Source: Alkalispirochaeta sp.
GTDB lineage: Bacteria; Spirochaetota; Spirochaetia; DSM-27196; Alkalispirochaetaceae
DNA: 37,014 nucleotides
Assembly (NCBI GenBank): GCA_965242725.1
Contig: CBDESZ010000010.1
Location: 1-37,014 of the forward strand
Direction: 5' to 3'
Shown: in pieces, positions 1-11,185 of the stretch
Layout of the letters: every line of letters starts with the position of its first letter
Position numbering within the stretch: position 1 is the stretch's first letter
The notes under the pieces: generated by a model
Told to the model about the DNA's origin: nothing
Databases searched by the model: none
Seen by the model: the letters and a program-made list of their open reading frames with translations, nothing else
Program-made: the position numbers and the translations under genes

Positions 1-1239
1 GAGCGTCGCTTCGATTTCCGGCATGGCAAGAAAGCGATCGTCTTTGCCCGCGACGACGACGCGCGCCTCCATCAGCGGTGGGACGACACGCTCCGGGAAG
101 AGTGCCCGTGAGAGTTCGGCGCCCTCCGGTATGTGGACAAACGCCTCGTCGAGGCGGATCGCCGCGGATTGGTGATGGTGAAACGACGCGTCCCTGATGG
201 CGGCTCGTCCCGTTTTTCCCGCGTCGATGCGTCCGTTTATGCGTGCCATCGACCGGGATAATTCAAAATTTCCGAATCCTTCGTTCACCATAACGTCAAA
301 GGGGGTGGGAACTCCGGAGACGGCGATCGTTCCGACCGCCTGATGGACCTCCCCGCTTCGTGCCTGTTGAACAGTCCGCCAGAACGCAGCAAGGGGAGGG
401 CCCTCACCCTCATAGGTGATTGTCCCGGTTGCCGTAGCCTGTTGAAAACGCAGGGCACGTCAAAGGGAGGAAATATGGAAAGCGTCGCCGTCGTTGCCGA
501 CCGGGTCAACGCTGCTCCTCCCGTGACGCCGGGACCACCGATAAGCACTTCCGCCTGCCCGTTGCCGGCAGGACCGTCAGGGTCACCGAATATGGAGGGA
601 AGTCGGCGGTGACATGGAGCCGTTGGGAGGCAACGGAAAGATGGAATCCCTCCACATTCTCAGGCAGTCGGGCGCTTTTGACATCCAGGGGCAGTGAAAT
701 CGTCGCGTCATCCGGCAGAGACCGAGTGCGGTGATGAGCCGCATTTCGATCCGTTTGATTCGTCGTCGTCGCTGAAGGAAGTTGTCCGGAGCCCGATAGG
801 GGCGTTCCCGTCGGAGGGTTTTCCGTCTCAGTGTCCTGTACCGGCAGTGTAACTTCCACCCCTTCCGCAAATATGTGATGCAGTCCGAGAGGGGATTCTC
901 CTCGAGTGCACGGTTGACGTTGTACCTGATTGAAAGGCCGTGAACGATGATGCCGAGGGTATTGCCGGTCTCGTCTGTTGCCTCCCCGGCGTCATCGGTG
1001 CGTTCCGGATCGTCCCGCTTTCGGACTGATATGCGCTCCGCTTTCACGCGCCCGGCAACGGTGACGGTGAGTGCCGTGATATTCACATCATAGAGATCGC
1101 CTGTGGCGTTTTCCATGATGCGCTCCCCCACAGCTTCCACCACCGGAGTGAGGAATCGTGGTACGAGCAGGGCAACACCCAGGAGGATCGCGATCGCCAT
1201 GAAGACGGGTGCTGAGTCCAATCGACGGTAGAAGGTCAC
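1..1239 (-). CDS. Large N-terminally membrane-anchored hypothetical protein (possibly AsmA/TamB-like); frameshifted, runs off the window edge
   Basis: GTG start at 1239 and a hydrophobic anchor 'VFMAIAILLGVALLVP'. Coding appears to continue through ORF pieces 583-1239, 506-859 and 285-548, then an open frame to the edge ('EGFGNFELSRSMARINGRIDAG...IEATL'). The AsmA/TamB idea rests only on architecture. Confidence 0.4.
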
Positions 1240-1332
1240 CGTTACAATGTAGCGAGAAATGGTATTTCGGTCGAACGAAGTCTTCTGCCGCGGCGGTTGC
1301 GGTCGGCGGCAGATCTTGGTATTTTATCGGTC

Positions 1333-2516
1333 GTGGACCGACGATGGATAAAAATTGCACTGGGTATCACCGCAAATATCTGTCTCGGGACGGTCTATTC
1401 CTGGTCCGTCTTCCGTGAACCCCTGATGCACACCTACGGATTCACCGTGGGACAGTCGGGTATTCCCTATTCGGTGTTTCTCGGCGCCTTTGCCTTCAGT
1501 ATGCCCTTCGGCGGGCGTCTCCTGACGCGCAGAAGTCCACGATTTGCAATGACCCTCGGAGCAGTTCTCGTTGGACTGGGGTGGATCAGCGCGGGATTTG
1601 TCACTTCTCTGCCTGCACTCATCGTAACCTATGGCATCATCGGTGGTATCGGGGTGGGTATGACCTACGGTGTTCCCCTCGCCGTGGCGGGGTCGTGGTA
1701 TCCCGACCGGAGGGGTTTTGCCGTGGGACTCACCCTTTCGGGTTCGGCCTCTCTCCGTTCATAACTGCGCCGCTTGCGGAGATACTCATTCAGTGGCAGG
1801 GTGTTGCCCGAACCTTCGTCATACTGGGAGCCTCATTTACCGTCGTCCTGCTGGCGATTTCGCCTTTCATGCGCCGTGCACACGGTACGGTCGAACGCGG
1901 CGGCTACGCCGACACTCCCGGAGACGTACCGCCGGGACGGATGGTGAAGAGGCGGGAGTTTTTCGGATTGTGGATCGCCTTTGCCCTCGCCACATTCGGC
2001 GGATTGACGACGATCGGTCTGAGTGCCGCGTACGGCATCGAGATCGTTGGAATCCGTCCCGGTGCCGCCGCGACGGCGGTGGCGGGATTCGGTATCTGTA
2101 ACGGACTCGGACGCCCCCTCTTTGGATGGATTACGGACCACCTGGGTGCGCGACGCACCTCAGTTCTCGCCTTTGCCGTGATCATCCTGGGGTCTGTCAT
2201 CATTCTCGTTGGAGGAACCGGCCGGGTGGCGAGCTATCTCGCGGGCTTTGCCCTCCTGTGGCTGCTTCTCGGCGGATGGCTGGCGATCGCACCGGCGGCG
2301 ACCGTCGATTTCTTCGGAACCCACCACTACGCGTCCAATTACGGCATCATGTACACCGCCTACGGTGTTGGCGCCCTGGCGGGCGGGTCCGTTTCAGGCC
2401 TGTTGACGTCACTGACGGGGACCCTCCTCACCACCTTCTGGGCGACAATCGCCGCCGCCGTCGTCGGAATTGTCGTGACCGTTACCCTTCTTCCTTCCCC
2501 TTCCGCGGATCGGTAA
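1333..2516 (+). CDS. MFS transporter, oxalate:formate antiporter (OFA)-like family; one frameshift near 1740
   Basis: Motifs 'CLGTVYSWSVF', 'GGIGVGMTYG', 'WYPDRRGFAVG', 'NGLGRPLFGWITDHLG' and 'FFGTHHYASNYG'. Restoring one G at about 1740 joins the two ORFs (LSGFGLSP). Start placed at GTG 1333. Confidence 0.85.
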
Positions 2517-4064
2517 AGGGTCCCGGATAGAGACTGAATCCCCGTGCCAGAAGGCGTCGTCTGAGCTCCTCAAGGGATGAATAAAAGTGGGGACGGGAGG
2601 CGGCGGGGCGTCCGTGCCACAGCCCTTCCGCGATTGCCGCGAGCCGGGTGTACGCCATGTACTCCACATTGCGGTGGTACGGCACCGCCTCCGTCCAGAG
2701 ATTTGCCTGTCCGCCGAGAATTCGTCCTCCCTGCCCGGTACCTTCTATATGATCCTGAACGTAGTGAGCGGGCGCGAAGGACGCGCTGTCCATAACGGTA
2801 CATGTACCCAGCCGTCCCGGCTCCAGGGGGGTATCGATGTGTTTGTGGTCGAGGTAGCACGCCTGTCGCTGCGGCGCAAGAACGAGGTCGTATCCCCGAC
2901 GGAGCGCCGCCACGGCGTCCTCGGGCTCCCGCCAGTTCACAATAATCGTGGACGACGGAAGGTCGAGGTTGGACGCCTCGTCCCACGCTACGGGACGGCG
3001 GCCGAGTCGCACAAACCGCATCGGCCATGGAACGGACGATCGTCTGAAAAGGATCGTTGAGGCTGCGGCAATCGGGGCAGCCGTTCCAGGTGGTATCGGG
3101 CACTTCATCACCGCCGATATGGATATAGGGTCCTGAAAAGGTCTCCCCCACCGTGGTGAAGACGGCGTCGATAAAGTCGTAGCTTTCTCTTCGGGACGCG
3201 CAGAGGACACCGTCAAAAATGCCCCACCGTGTCTCCACCCCCCGGGACGTGCGGCTGCACGTCAAATCTGGATAGGCCGTTATTGCCGCCGAAGCGTGTC
3301 CGGGTAGATCGATTTCCGGGACCACCGTTATTCCCAACAGAGTCGCGTCGTGATCGAGTCGGCGCAGACGGTTGAGCTCATAATATCCGCCGTAGGTGCC
3401 GCCTTCGCTCGTCCGGTCGTCCCTGACGGCCGCCACCGATGCGAGACGGGGATAGGAGGCGACGGGGAAACGCCATCCCTGATCGTCGGTGAGATGAAGG
3501 TGAAAGCGGTTGAGTCGCAGCAGCCAGACTATATCGACCATTCGATCCAGCGAAGATGGCGGAAAGAAATGGCGCGCCGTATCGATCATAAAACCCCGCC
3601 ATTCAGTGGCAGGCTCATCGTGGACGGTCGCCGCCGGCAGGGTGACGGAAGATGCATCCGGAGTGAGATCTCCATCGAGAAGGATCGCCTGCGTCAGCGT
3701 CGCCAGCGCAGCGGCGAGGGACGATCCGTCGGTGTAGCCGATGACGATCTCCCCGGTACCGACACGCAGATCGTATCCTTCCCCTTCTCCCGGAACGTAT
3801 TCACATCGTACCGTCGATTCAGCGGTACCCCGTTCCGCCGGTGGAGAGGCGAAAGAGACGGTCCAGACCGGTAATCCGCAGTGCCGCCGTATTGACGCGA
3901 TCCAGGAGCGGCGTGACCGCCGCAGCCTTTGCGGCTCCTTCGGTACCACCGGAAAAGACGACGGAGAAGGGCAGGGAACCCCGCCACACACCCGTACCTG
4001 ACGTAACATCGCGAAGGGAGGGGATAAGGCGCTCCCATATCGGCCTTGAGTCCTGAAAAGTCAT
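2482..4064 (-). CDS. Beta-N-acetylhexosaminidase, GH20; frameshifts near 3830 and 3005
   Basis: Motifs 'WRGFMIDTARHF', 'FHLHLTDDQGWR', 'VPEIDLPGH', catalytic 'HIGGDEV' and 'ILGGQANLWTE'. ATG at 4064 overlaps the permease stop (ATGA). No signal peptide seen. Confidence 0.9.
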
Positions 4065-4920
4065 TCTTTTATCGCTCCCGCGGCAAATCCGCGTTTTACC
4101 TGCTCATGAAAAATTAAATAGAAGATGATCATCGGTGCGGTGGCGATGACCAGCGCCGCAAAGAGCAATCCGTAGTCCCGGGACATGCCGCCGGCAAAGG
4201 CGTTGACGCCCACCGGCAGACTCCGCAGCTCCTGTTTACTCGTCAGGACAAAGACAAAGACAAACTCATTCCAGTTATTCACAAAGGAGAAGATCGTCAT
4301 CGTCGCCACTACCGGTGCGCTGATAGGGCGGATAATCTGCCAGAAAATGGTGAGATACCCCGCCCCATCAATGCGGGCTACCTCCTTCAAGGGAGGTGGG
4401 TATCCCGCGGATATAGGACGTCGCCAGGTAGACCATGAAGGGAAGTCCGAACGCCACATAGGGCAGGAGGACGCCGAGGCGAGTGTCGTCGATACCGATT
4501 CTCGTTTCAAGCACGAAGAGGGGTACCAGCACCGAGTGGGCGGTCACAAGCAGACCCATGATGAAAAAGGTGTAGAAGTACCGGGTTATGCGGAAGTTGA
4601 ACTTTCCAAAACCGTATCCCGCGGCGAGGGCGAGAAAGACGGTGATCAGTGTCGCCGAGGTCGTGTAAATGACGCTGTTGATCGTATAGAGGCCGAGGCT
4701 GCCGATTTCCCACGCCCCGGGTATAGTTGCGGCTGTAAATGCCCGTCGGAAGTGAAAATACGTTCCGTACAATTTCCGGATGGGGCTTGAGGGAGCTGTA
4801 GAAGAGCCAAATCAGCGGCGCCAGGGTGAGAATGGTAAAGAAGACGATAAAGACCCATGCAAAGATCTTCCACGCCGTCATGTCGGGGCCGGTGGACAAA
4901 GACCGGGTGGTGTCACTCAT
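4061..4920 (-). CDS. Carbohydrate ABC transporter permease (MalG-like); frameshifts near 4730 and 4385
   Basis: 'LAAGYGFGKFNF', EAA-like loop 'ARIDGAG', 'FVNNWNEF' and C-terminal 'GFAAGAIKE', spread over three ORF fragments. Confidence 0.85.
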
Positions 4921-5803
4921 ATCGAGCCTCCAGTTTTTTGAATACCTGTTGAATCGCCGTGATGAGGCCCAGACTCAGAAATACGATCATCATGGAAACG
5001 GGCGCTTCCGAATCCGTAGTTGTAGTATTTGAAGGTGTTGAGATACATATAGATCGCAATGACCTCCGTATAATGGGCGGGGCCGCCGCCGGTCATGGCA
5101 AAGATCAGATCAAAGCTCTTCAGGCTTCCCGCGATGGCAAAGACCGCGGTGGTAAAGACGATGTTGGTCATCTGGGGCAGGACGACGCGCAGGAGTATCT
5201 GGTCTTCCCGGGCGCCGTCAATAATCGCCGCCTCAATCACCCCCGGATCGATGCGCTGCAGGTTGGCCAGGAATATAACCATGTATATACCCGTATACAT
5301 CCATAAAATGACAAAGAGAATCGGGACGATCGCATATGTTCGATCTTCAAAAATGGAGAAGACGTAACGGGGATCGTCACGGATAAGACGCATCAAATGG
5401 GTAAAGAGCCCCGCCGGGGCAAAAATCTGATTCCACAGTTTGGCGACGACGATCGCCGAAATGGTGATGGGAAGAAAGATCATCGTCTCAAAAAAAGCCG
5501 TATCCCCGAACCATCCTGCGGTAAATGAGGTAGGCCAGGACGAATCCGAGGGGAATCTGTCCAAAAATGGAAACGGCGACGATGAGGAGATTGTTTCTGA
5601 GACCGAGCATGAAAACGGGGTCGGCAAGCATGCGCTGGTAGTTGTCCAGACCGACAAACTGGGGAGCGGAAAGACCGTTCCACTCGGTAAAACCGGCGCC
5701 GAAACTGAAGAGGATAGGGAATATTATTACCGCCGCGTAAAATCAGCACCGCCGGACCGACGAGCACCGTATAGGCAACCCTTTTTTCTCGTGTGATTGT
5801 CAT
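4913..5803 (-). CDS. Carbohydrate ABC transporter permease (MalF-like); several frameshifts
   Basis: 'FLPITISAIVV', EAA motif 'IEAAIIDGA', 'SLKSFDLIFAMTGGGP' and 'YNYGFGSA'. The reconstructed end '...KKLEARYE*' at 4913 overlaps the next start. Confidence 0.85.
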
Positions 5804-5830
5804 ATTTATACTCTAATTGATGGAAGCGGA

Positions 5831-5855
5831 CGCTGCGCGCCTGAGGCGCGCAGCG
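5831..5855. repeat. GC-rich hairpin between the solute-binding protein and permease genes
   Basis: CGCTGCGCGCC-TGA-GGCGCGCAGCG inverted repeat. This is the usual position for an mRNA-stabilising or attenuating stem-loop in ABC operons. Confidence 0.6.
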
Positions 5856-5880
5856 GGTGCCCGCGGTAACGTGATGAGTC

Positions 5881-7191
5881 TTATTTACGCCCCGAGTCGT
5901 TGGCTGCAACCCACGCCTCGTAACGCTGTCCTACTTGCTGGGGAGTCACCTGTCCAAACATCATCTCCTGGAGGAGGGGATGGAGGACACCCATGCCTTC
6001 CGCGTCCATGACGGCGTCGACGACATATCCACCGGGCGTGGAGTTGAGGAAGTCGGCGAGCTTCAGTGTCAGAACGGGGGAGTCGGCGGGGAGATCGATC
6101 TTGACGGCGGGGGAGCCATCCCTGCTGCGCCTTGATCGCGGACCCCTCGGGACCGGCGAAGAAGTAGATCCATTCCCACGCTGCGTCGGCTTTGGCGCCT
6201 TCCAGGTCGGCGTTCATGCCGAATCCCGTACCTGCGACGATGGCGGTGGAACCGGCCTGGCCGCGTTCATTGGGGAGCTCGGGAAAGACGTTGTAGGAGA
6301 CGTACTCAAACTGGTCTTCCGTCATCTCTCCGGTAAGGTTGCTCGTTCTCCAGCCGCCGTCAATGAAGTATACCGCCTTCTCGGTGACGAAATCGGTAAG
6401 AGCCTGTCCGTATGCGGCCTGGTTGATTCCGGGGCTGAACATGTCGTTGTCATGGAGCGTCTTGATCACTTGCAGCGCTTCCACAAACTCCCGATCCGCA
6501 AAGCTCGCGTCGCCGACGCGTGCCCTGTTGAACCAGTCACGACCGGCGGTGCGCTCAACGAGGGCGCTGAGAAGGCAGCTCTGCATTTGCCATCCGTCAC
6601 CGTTGTCCATGGCGATGGGGATGTAACCGGCATCGCGGATAACCTCACCCTGTGCGATGAGTTTCTTCCAGCGTCTCGGGAAACTCGAGACCAAGCTCGT
6701 CCAGCAGACGGTCGTTGGTGAACATGACGTGGGTCGCCGTAACCTGTTCCGGGCAGTTCCCAGATCTCGCCGTTGGGTCCCTGTGGGGCCAGGGCGGCGG
6801 GGGCAAATTCGGCGTCCATCTCTTCAATCCAGGGACGGAGATCCTTGATGGCTCCGCTGCCCGTCACATCGCCGGTCCGCTTGCCGGGCCAGAGGAAGAC
6901 GGCGTCGGGAAGCTGTCCCGCCATGGCGGTGGACTGCAGCTTGTTGTGGTAGGGTTCGTTGAAGAGGTAGTCAAACTCCAATTCGATATCGGGGTGTGAC
7001 TCGTGGAACGCCGCGACAAGCTCCTCAAAGTTGCCGGACGAGGTGTTATCCGCCAGATCGAGATAGTGAAGGACCTCCAGAGTGATCGGACCTTCTTCTT
7101 CCATTGCGGCTTCTCTCTGTCCACCGGCAAAGAGGAGTGACCCCGCCAATACCAGGATGGTGCATACCATCATGATCCTTTTGTGTAGCAT
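5881..7191 (-). CDS. Sugar ABC transporter extracellular solute-binding protein; several frameshifts
   Basis: Signal peptide ending 'LLFAGGQRE', then 'FHESHPDIELEF', 'AGQLPDAVF' and 'GYIPIAM'. Reconstructed end 'RYEAWVAANDSGRK*' at 5881. RBS AGGAGG upstream. Confidence 0.85.
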
Positions 7192-7238
7192 ATCGCTACC
7201 TCCTTTGTTACGGCCTCACATGGCCGAAATGTGTTTGT

Positions 7239-7265
7239 CGCCGCCGCCGACTAACGGCGGCGGCG
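7239..7265. repeat. Hairpin between the ROK regulator and solute-binding protein genes
   Basis: CGCCGCCGCCG-ACTAA-CGGCGGCGGCG, an 11-bp perfect stem with no adjacent U-tract. Confidence 0.55.
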
Positions 7266-7295
7266 CTTGCCTGCCGCCGAGATACGGCGTCGGTA

Positions 7296-8498
7296 TCAGG
7301 AGCTCCCGGAGGGCTCCAAATTGAAACCACGTTCATTGAGGTGGGACGTGACCCGTTGCCGCTCGTGGCGGTTGCGGATGTCCCCCAGGGGAAAAATCTG
7401 GTCCGTAAAGAGGCGATCCAGCATCATCGCCGCCGCCCCGGCGACGACGGCGTTTTCCCCGTAACTGGAGTACCGTATTTCGCATTCCACATCCGACTCG
7501 TACGGCCAGTTTTTGCCCAGCTCCTCCCTGATGAGGGGAGTCAGTTCATCGCGGTATTTCAGGATATCGCCGCCGATGAAGATGTGGTCCAGATTGAGCA
7601 CATTGACGATGAGGGAGACGTTCTTTGCCAGCTCCCTGAAGAGGCGGCGCCGAATCGTCTCATCGTTCTTGACGAGGGCCGCCTCAGCCTCGGTGAGGGC
7701 AAACTGCCCCGTATTCTGGCCGTCCCAGAAGGCGCTGCGGAACTCACCGGCGGTGAATCGGGAGCCGGGATAGAGCGTGCCGTTGACGGCAACGCCCAGA
7801 CCGACGCCGATTCCGCCGTAGCGGTGGTTGCCCGGTGAAGCGCCGCGGATTTGGACGAGGACGTAGAGAAAGTCGTGGACCGGTTTTCCCCGATGAAAGG
7901 TGAGCTCCCCCCATGCACAGGCGTTTGCGTCGTTCTCGGCGATGACGGGAATTCCGATCGTCTCGGCAATGCGGCGCTGAAAATCGTATTCATCTGCAAT
8001 TTCCATGGGAATGGAGCCGTAAATGACGTTACGAATGGAGTTGACGAGACCACCCATCGCCACGCCGATTGAAATGAGGCGATCCCGGCGGTTGCCGATC
8101 ACCTCGAGGAGTTCGTAGAGCAGATCGAGGACATACGGCTCAAAATCGACGCCTTTCCGTGGTCTCTCGGCGGACCATGAATCGAGTATCGTGCCGGTGA
8201 GATCGGTCAGCACGGCGCGGAAGAAATCGGGCTGGAGCTCCACACCCAGGACGTAACCGTACTCGGCGTTGAGTTCAAGCTGTACACGCCGCCGGCCGCC
8301 CTGGGGAGACGCATCGGCGTGGGTTCCCTCCCGGACCAGGCCCGATTCAAGGAGCTCCCCGACGATGGACGAGACGGTGGACTTGTCCAGTCCCAGGACG
8401 TTGGCAATATCGACACGGCTCGTGCCGGGGTGGTGCCAGATAACCCGGAGGATTCGTGATCTGTTCATCATGCGATTTCGCTTGCCCGCCGTCGCCAC
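7296..8498 (-). CDS. ROK family transcriptional repressor (XylR/NagC-like)
   Basis: N-terminal HTH 'SRVDIANVLGLDKSTVSSIVGELLESGLV', 'GGRR', and ROK motifs 'ENDANACAWGE', 'GIGVGLGVAVNG', 'AGEF'. Start placed at GTG 8498 after AGGAG. Confidence 0.9.
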   Translation of the reverse strand: MATAGKRNRMMNRSRILRVIWHHPGTSRVDIANVLGLDKSTVSSIVGELLESGLVREGTHADASPQGGRRRVQLELNAEYGYVLGVELQPDFFRAVLTDLTGTILDSWSAERPRKGVDFEPYVLDLLYELLEVIGNRRDRLISIGVAMGGLVNSIRNVIYGSIPMEIADEYDFQRRIAETIGIPVIAENDANACAWGELTFHRGKPVHDFLYVLVQIRGASPGNHRYGGIGVGLGVAVNGTLYPGSRFTAGEFRSAFWDGQNTGQFALTEAEAALVKNDETIRRRLFRELAKNVSLIVNVLNLDHIFIGGDILKYRDELTPLIREELGKNWPYESDVECEIRYSSYGENAVVAGAAAMMLDRLFTDQIFPLGDIRNRHERQRVTSHLNERGFNLEPSGSS

Positions 8499-8517
8499 CT
8501 GTGGTACACTCCTGTTG

Positions 8518-8535
8518 GTTGGTTTTAAAACCAAC
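8518..8535. promoter_or_regulatory. Perfect 18-bp palindrome; probable ROK operator
   Basis: GTTGGTTTTAAAACCAAC lies in the 91-bp divergent gap between the ROK operon and the GH2 gene. Confidence 0.7.
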
Positions 8536-8589
8536 TATAGTCTTGCACGCTTCAGTCACAGCGTCAACAATAAATTTCAGGAGTTGGTC

Positions 8590-11173
8590 ATGATAGATCT
8601 TGGGGGAGAGTGGAACGTTGTTGACGATCGCGGCGGGCACGCATGCACGGGCACCTTTCCCGGTGATATCCATACGGCGCTCCTCGCGGCGGGGCACATT
8701 CCTGATCCCTTTCCCGGCCGCAATGAGGATGAGGTGCAGTGGGTCGGCCGGCGGGGGTGGACGATCAGCCGGAGCTTTACCGTGTTTCCGGAGGAGCTTC
8801 CTTCGGGGAGATGAACGGCTCCTGCTTGAAATCGATGTTGTCGACACCGTTGCAGAGATCGTCGTAAACGATACGGTCGTTGCAACGTCGCGCAACATGT
8901 TTGTCCCCCTTCGCGCCGATGTCGCATCCGTCGTCGTCGAGGGGTTCCAACACGGTTGAAATACGTTTTCGCTCCCCCGAATCGGAAGCCGCCGCGCGTG
9001 CGACGAGCCTGTCCTACCCGGTGCCCCATCAGATCTATCCAAGCCAGTCGATGCACCGCAACCTCCTGCGCAAGGTGCAGTGTCATTCTAGCTGGGACTG
9101 GGGTATCGCCCTCATGGTGAGCGGCATCTATGGTTCGATCCGGATTCGCAAGGTTGAACGCGAGGCGTTGCACGCCGCCTGGACTCTTCCCCGTCCCGCA
9201 CCGTCCGGCCGCTGGGAGATTCCGGTACACATCGAATGGGACCGTCTCAACGCCGCGGTGGGATCGTGTGAACTTCCCGTCGGCCCGCCGGAGGCGCCCG
9301 TTACCGTCACCCTCACCGACGGCGACGGCCGCACCGTCGCCGCCTGGGATTCCCGGGACGGGAAAGAACGGGGTCGCATGGCGGTAATAGGGCGGGGCCA
9401 CATGGTGGTGACCCTGGATGTTGAAGATCCCGATCCGTGGTGGCCCGCCGGATACGGCGACCAGCCGCGTTATACCCTCACCGTCACCATGGGAACGACG
9501 GGGGGACAGGCGGAGCTTCACCACCGCTTTCCGGACGGTGGAGGTTGTCAACGAAGAGGACGAGAGCGGCCGCTCCATGTTTTTCCGCGTCAACGGTCCG
9601 CGACGTCTGGGCCAAGGGCGCCAACTGGATCCCTCCGGACGCATTTCCGTCCCGGCAGACGCCGGAGCGGTACCGTCGTCTCCTGGAGGACGCCGTCGCC
9701 GCAAACATGAACATGATCCGCGTCTGGGGGGGGCGGGCAGTACGAACAGGAGGTCTTTTATGATCTCTGTGATGAGCTGGGCATTATGGTGTGGCAGGAT
9801 TTCATGTTTTCCTGCTCCCTCTATCCGTCTGCGGAGTGGTTTCTCTCGGAGGTTGAGGAGGAGGTGGCGGCCCAGACGCGGCGGCTCCTCTCCCACCCCT
9901 CCATCGCGCTTTGGTGCGGAAACAACGAGAATATCGGCGCCCTTGGATGGTTTGAGGAGTCCCGTGCCAATCCGGGGCGCTATCTCGTCGACTTTGACCG
10001 CCTCAACCACGGTGTGGTGGGCCGTACCGTCACCGCCATAGATGACAGCCGCGTCTTCTGGCCCAGCTCACCTGCGGCGGGGGAGGGCGATTTCTCCGAC
10101 AACTGGCACGACGACACCTCCGGGGACATGCACTACTGGAGCGTCTGGCATGAAGGCAAACCCTTTTCCTCCTACTACGACGTGACCCCCCCGTTTCTGT
10201 TCGGAGTTCGGCTTTCAGTCATTTCCCAGTGTGCACACCCTCCGCAGCGTCGTCAGTGAAGAGGAGCTCAATCCAACCTCTCCGGAAATGGAGCACCATC
10301 AGCGAAATCCACGGGGCAACACGATCATCCTGGAGACGATGTCCAGGTACTTCCGTTTTCCCCTTTGATTTTGAGAACTTTGTCTATCTGAGCCAGGTGC
10401 AGCAGGCGATGGCAATCGGTATGGCCGTGGATTACTGGCGGAGCCAGAAGCCGGTATCCATGGGCGCACTCTACTGGCAGCTCAATGATCTGTGGCCGGT
10501 CGTTTCCTGGTCAAGCATAGAGTACGACGGGCGGTGGAAGCTCCTCCACTATGAGGCGCGCCGCTTCTTTGCCCCCCGCCGCGTTATCACCCTGGTGAAG
10601 GACGGCCGGGTGCATGTCTCGGTCGTCAATGACACCCTTGAGGAGCTCTCGGGGGATATCGTCATTCGCGGTATAGACTGGTCGGGCAATGTGCTCTGGG
10701 AGGAGACGGAAGCGGTGTCGGTACCGCCCGACGGCGTTGCAGACGCCTGGCGCAGGAAGGTGGCCGCCCTCTCCCATGGACCGACGGAAGGGTTTGTGAC
10801 CGCCACTTTGTCTCCCGATGGAGAGTCGGCGCTCCGGGACTACACCCTTCTCACCGAGTACAAGGGGGTTCCCCTCATCCGGCCGACCGTGGAGGTTATC
10901 CCGGTGGAGGACACGGCACGGGAAGACGGTCCGCAAGAGGCCCGGCCGCGGGAGGTTCTGGTGACGTGTGCCGACGCGCCCGCATTTTTTCTCACCCTGG
11001 AAGCGGAGGATCCCGCCTTTGAGCCGGACGATAACGGATTCTTCATGCTTCCCGGTGAGACGAGACGGATCACCTTTACCGGGCGGAGGGGTGGTGCCGA
11101 CGATGAAGGGGATGCCGACGCGATGCGACGCCGGGCGTTCAATATACACATAAAAACGATAGCTCAAGTATAG
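8590..11173 (+). CDS. Beta-mannosidase, GH2; multiple frameshifts
   Basis: 'RKVQCHSSWDWG', 'WWPAGYGDQPRY', 'AKGANWIP', 'NMNMIRVWGG', 'MVWQDFMF', acid/base motif 'WCGNNE', 'GDMHYWSVWH' and 'GALYWQLNDLWP'. AGGAG RBS before ATG 8590. Confidence 0.9.
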
Positions 11174-11185
11174 AAAGGACGATCA

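Noticed and set aside
8577..10010. 477-aa minus-strand ORF and other long antisense ORFs (e.g. 16053-17003, 18091-19137, 14398-15294)
   Set aside because: They lie opposite motif-supported genes and have no recognisable motifs. They are shadow ORFs expected in GC-rich DNA.
9720..10365. Programmed frameshifting or phase variation in the GH2 gene
   Set aside because: There are too many independent short-homopolymer indels across unrelated neighbouring genes; sequencing error is the simpler explanation.
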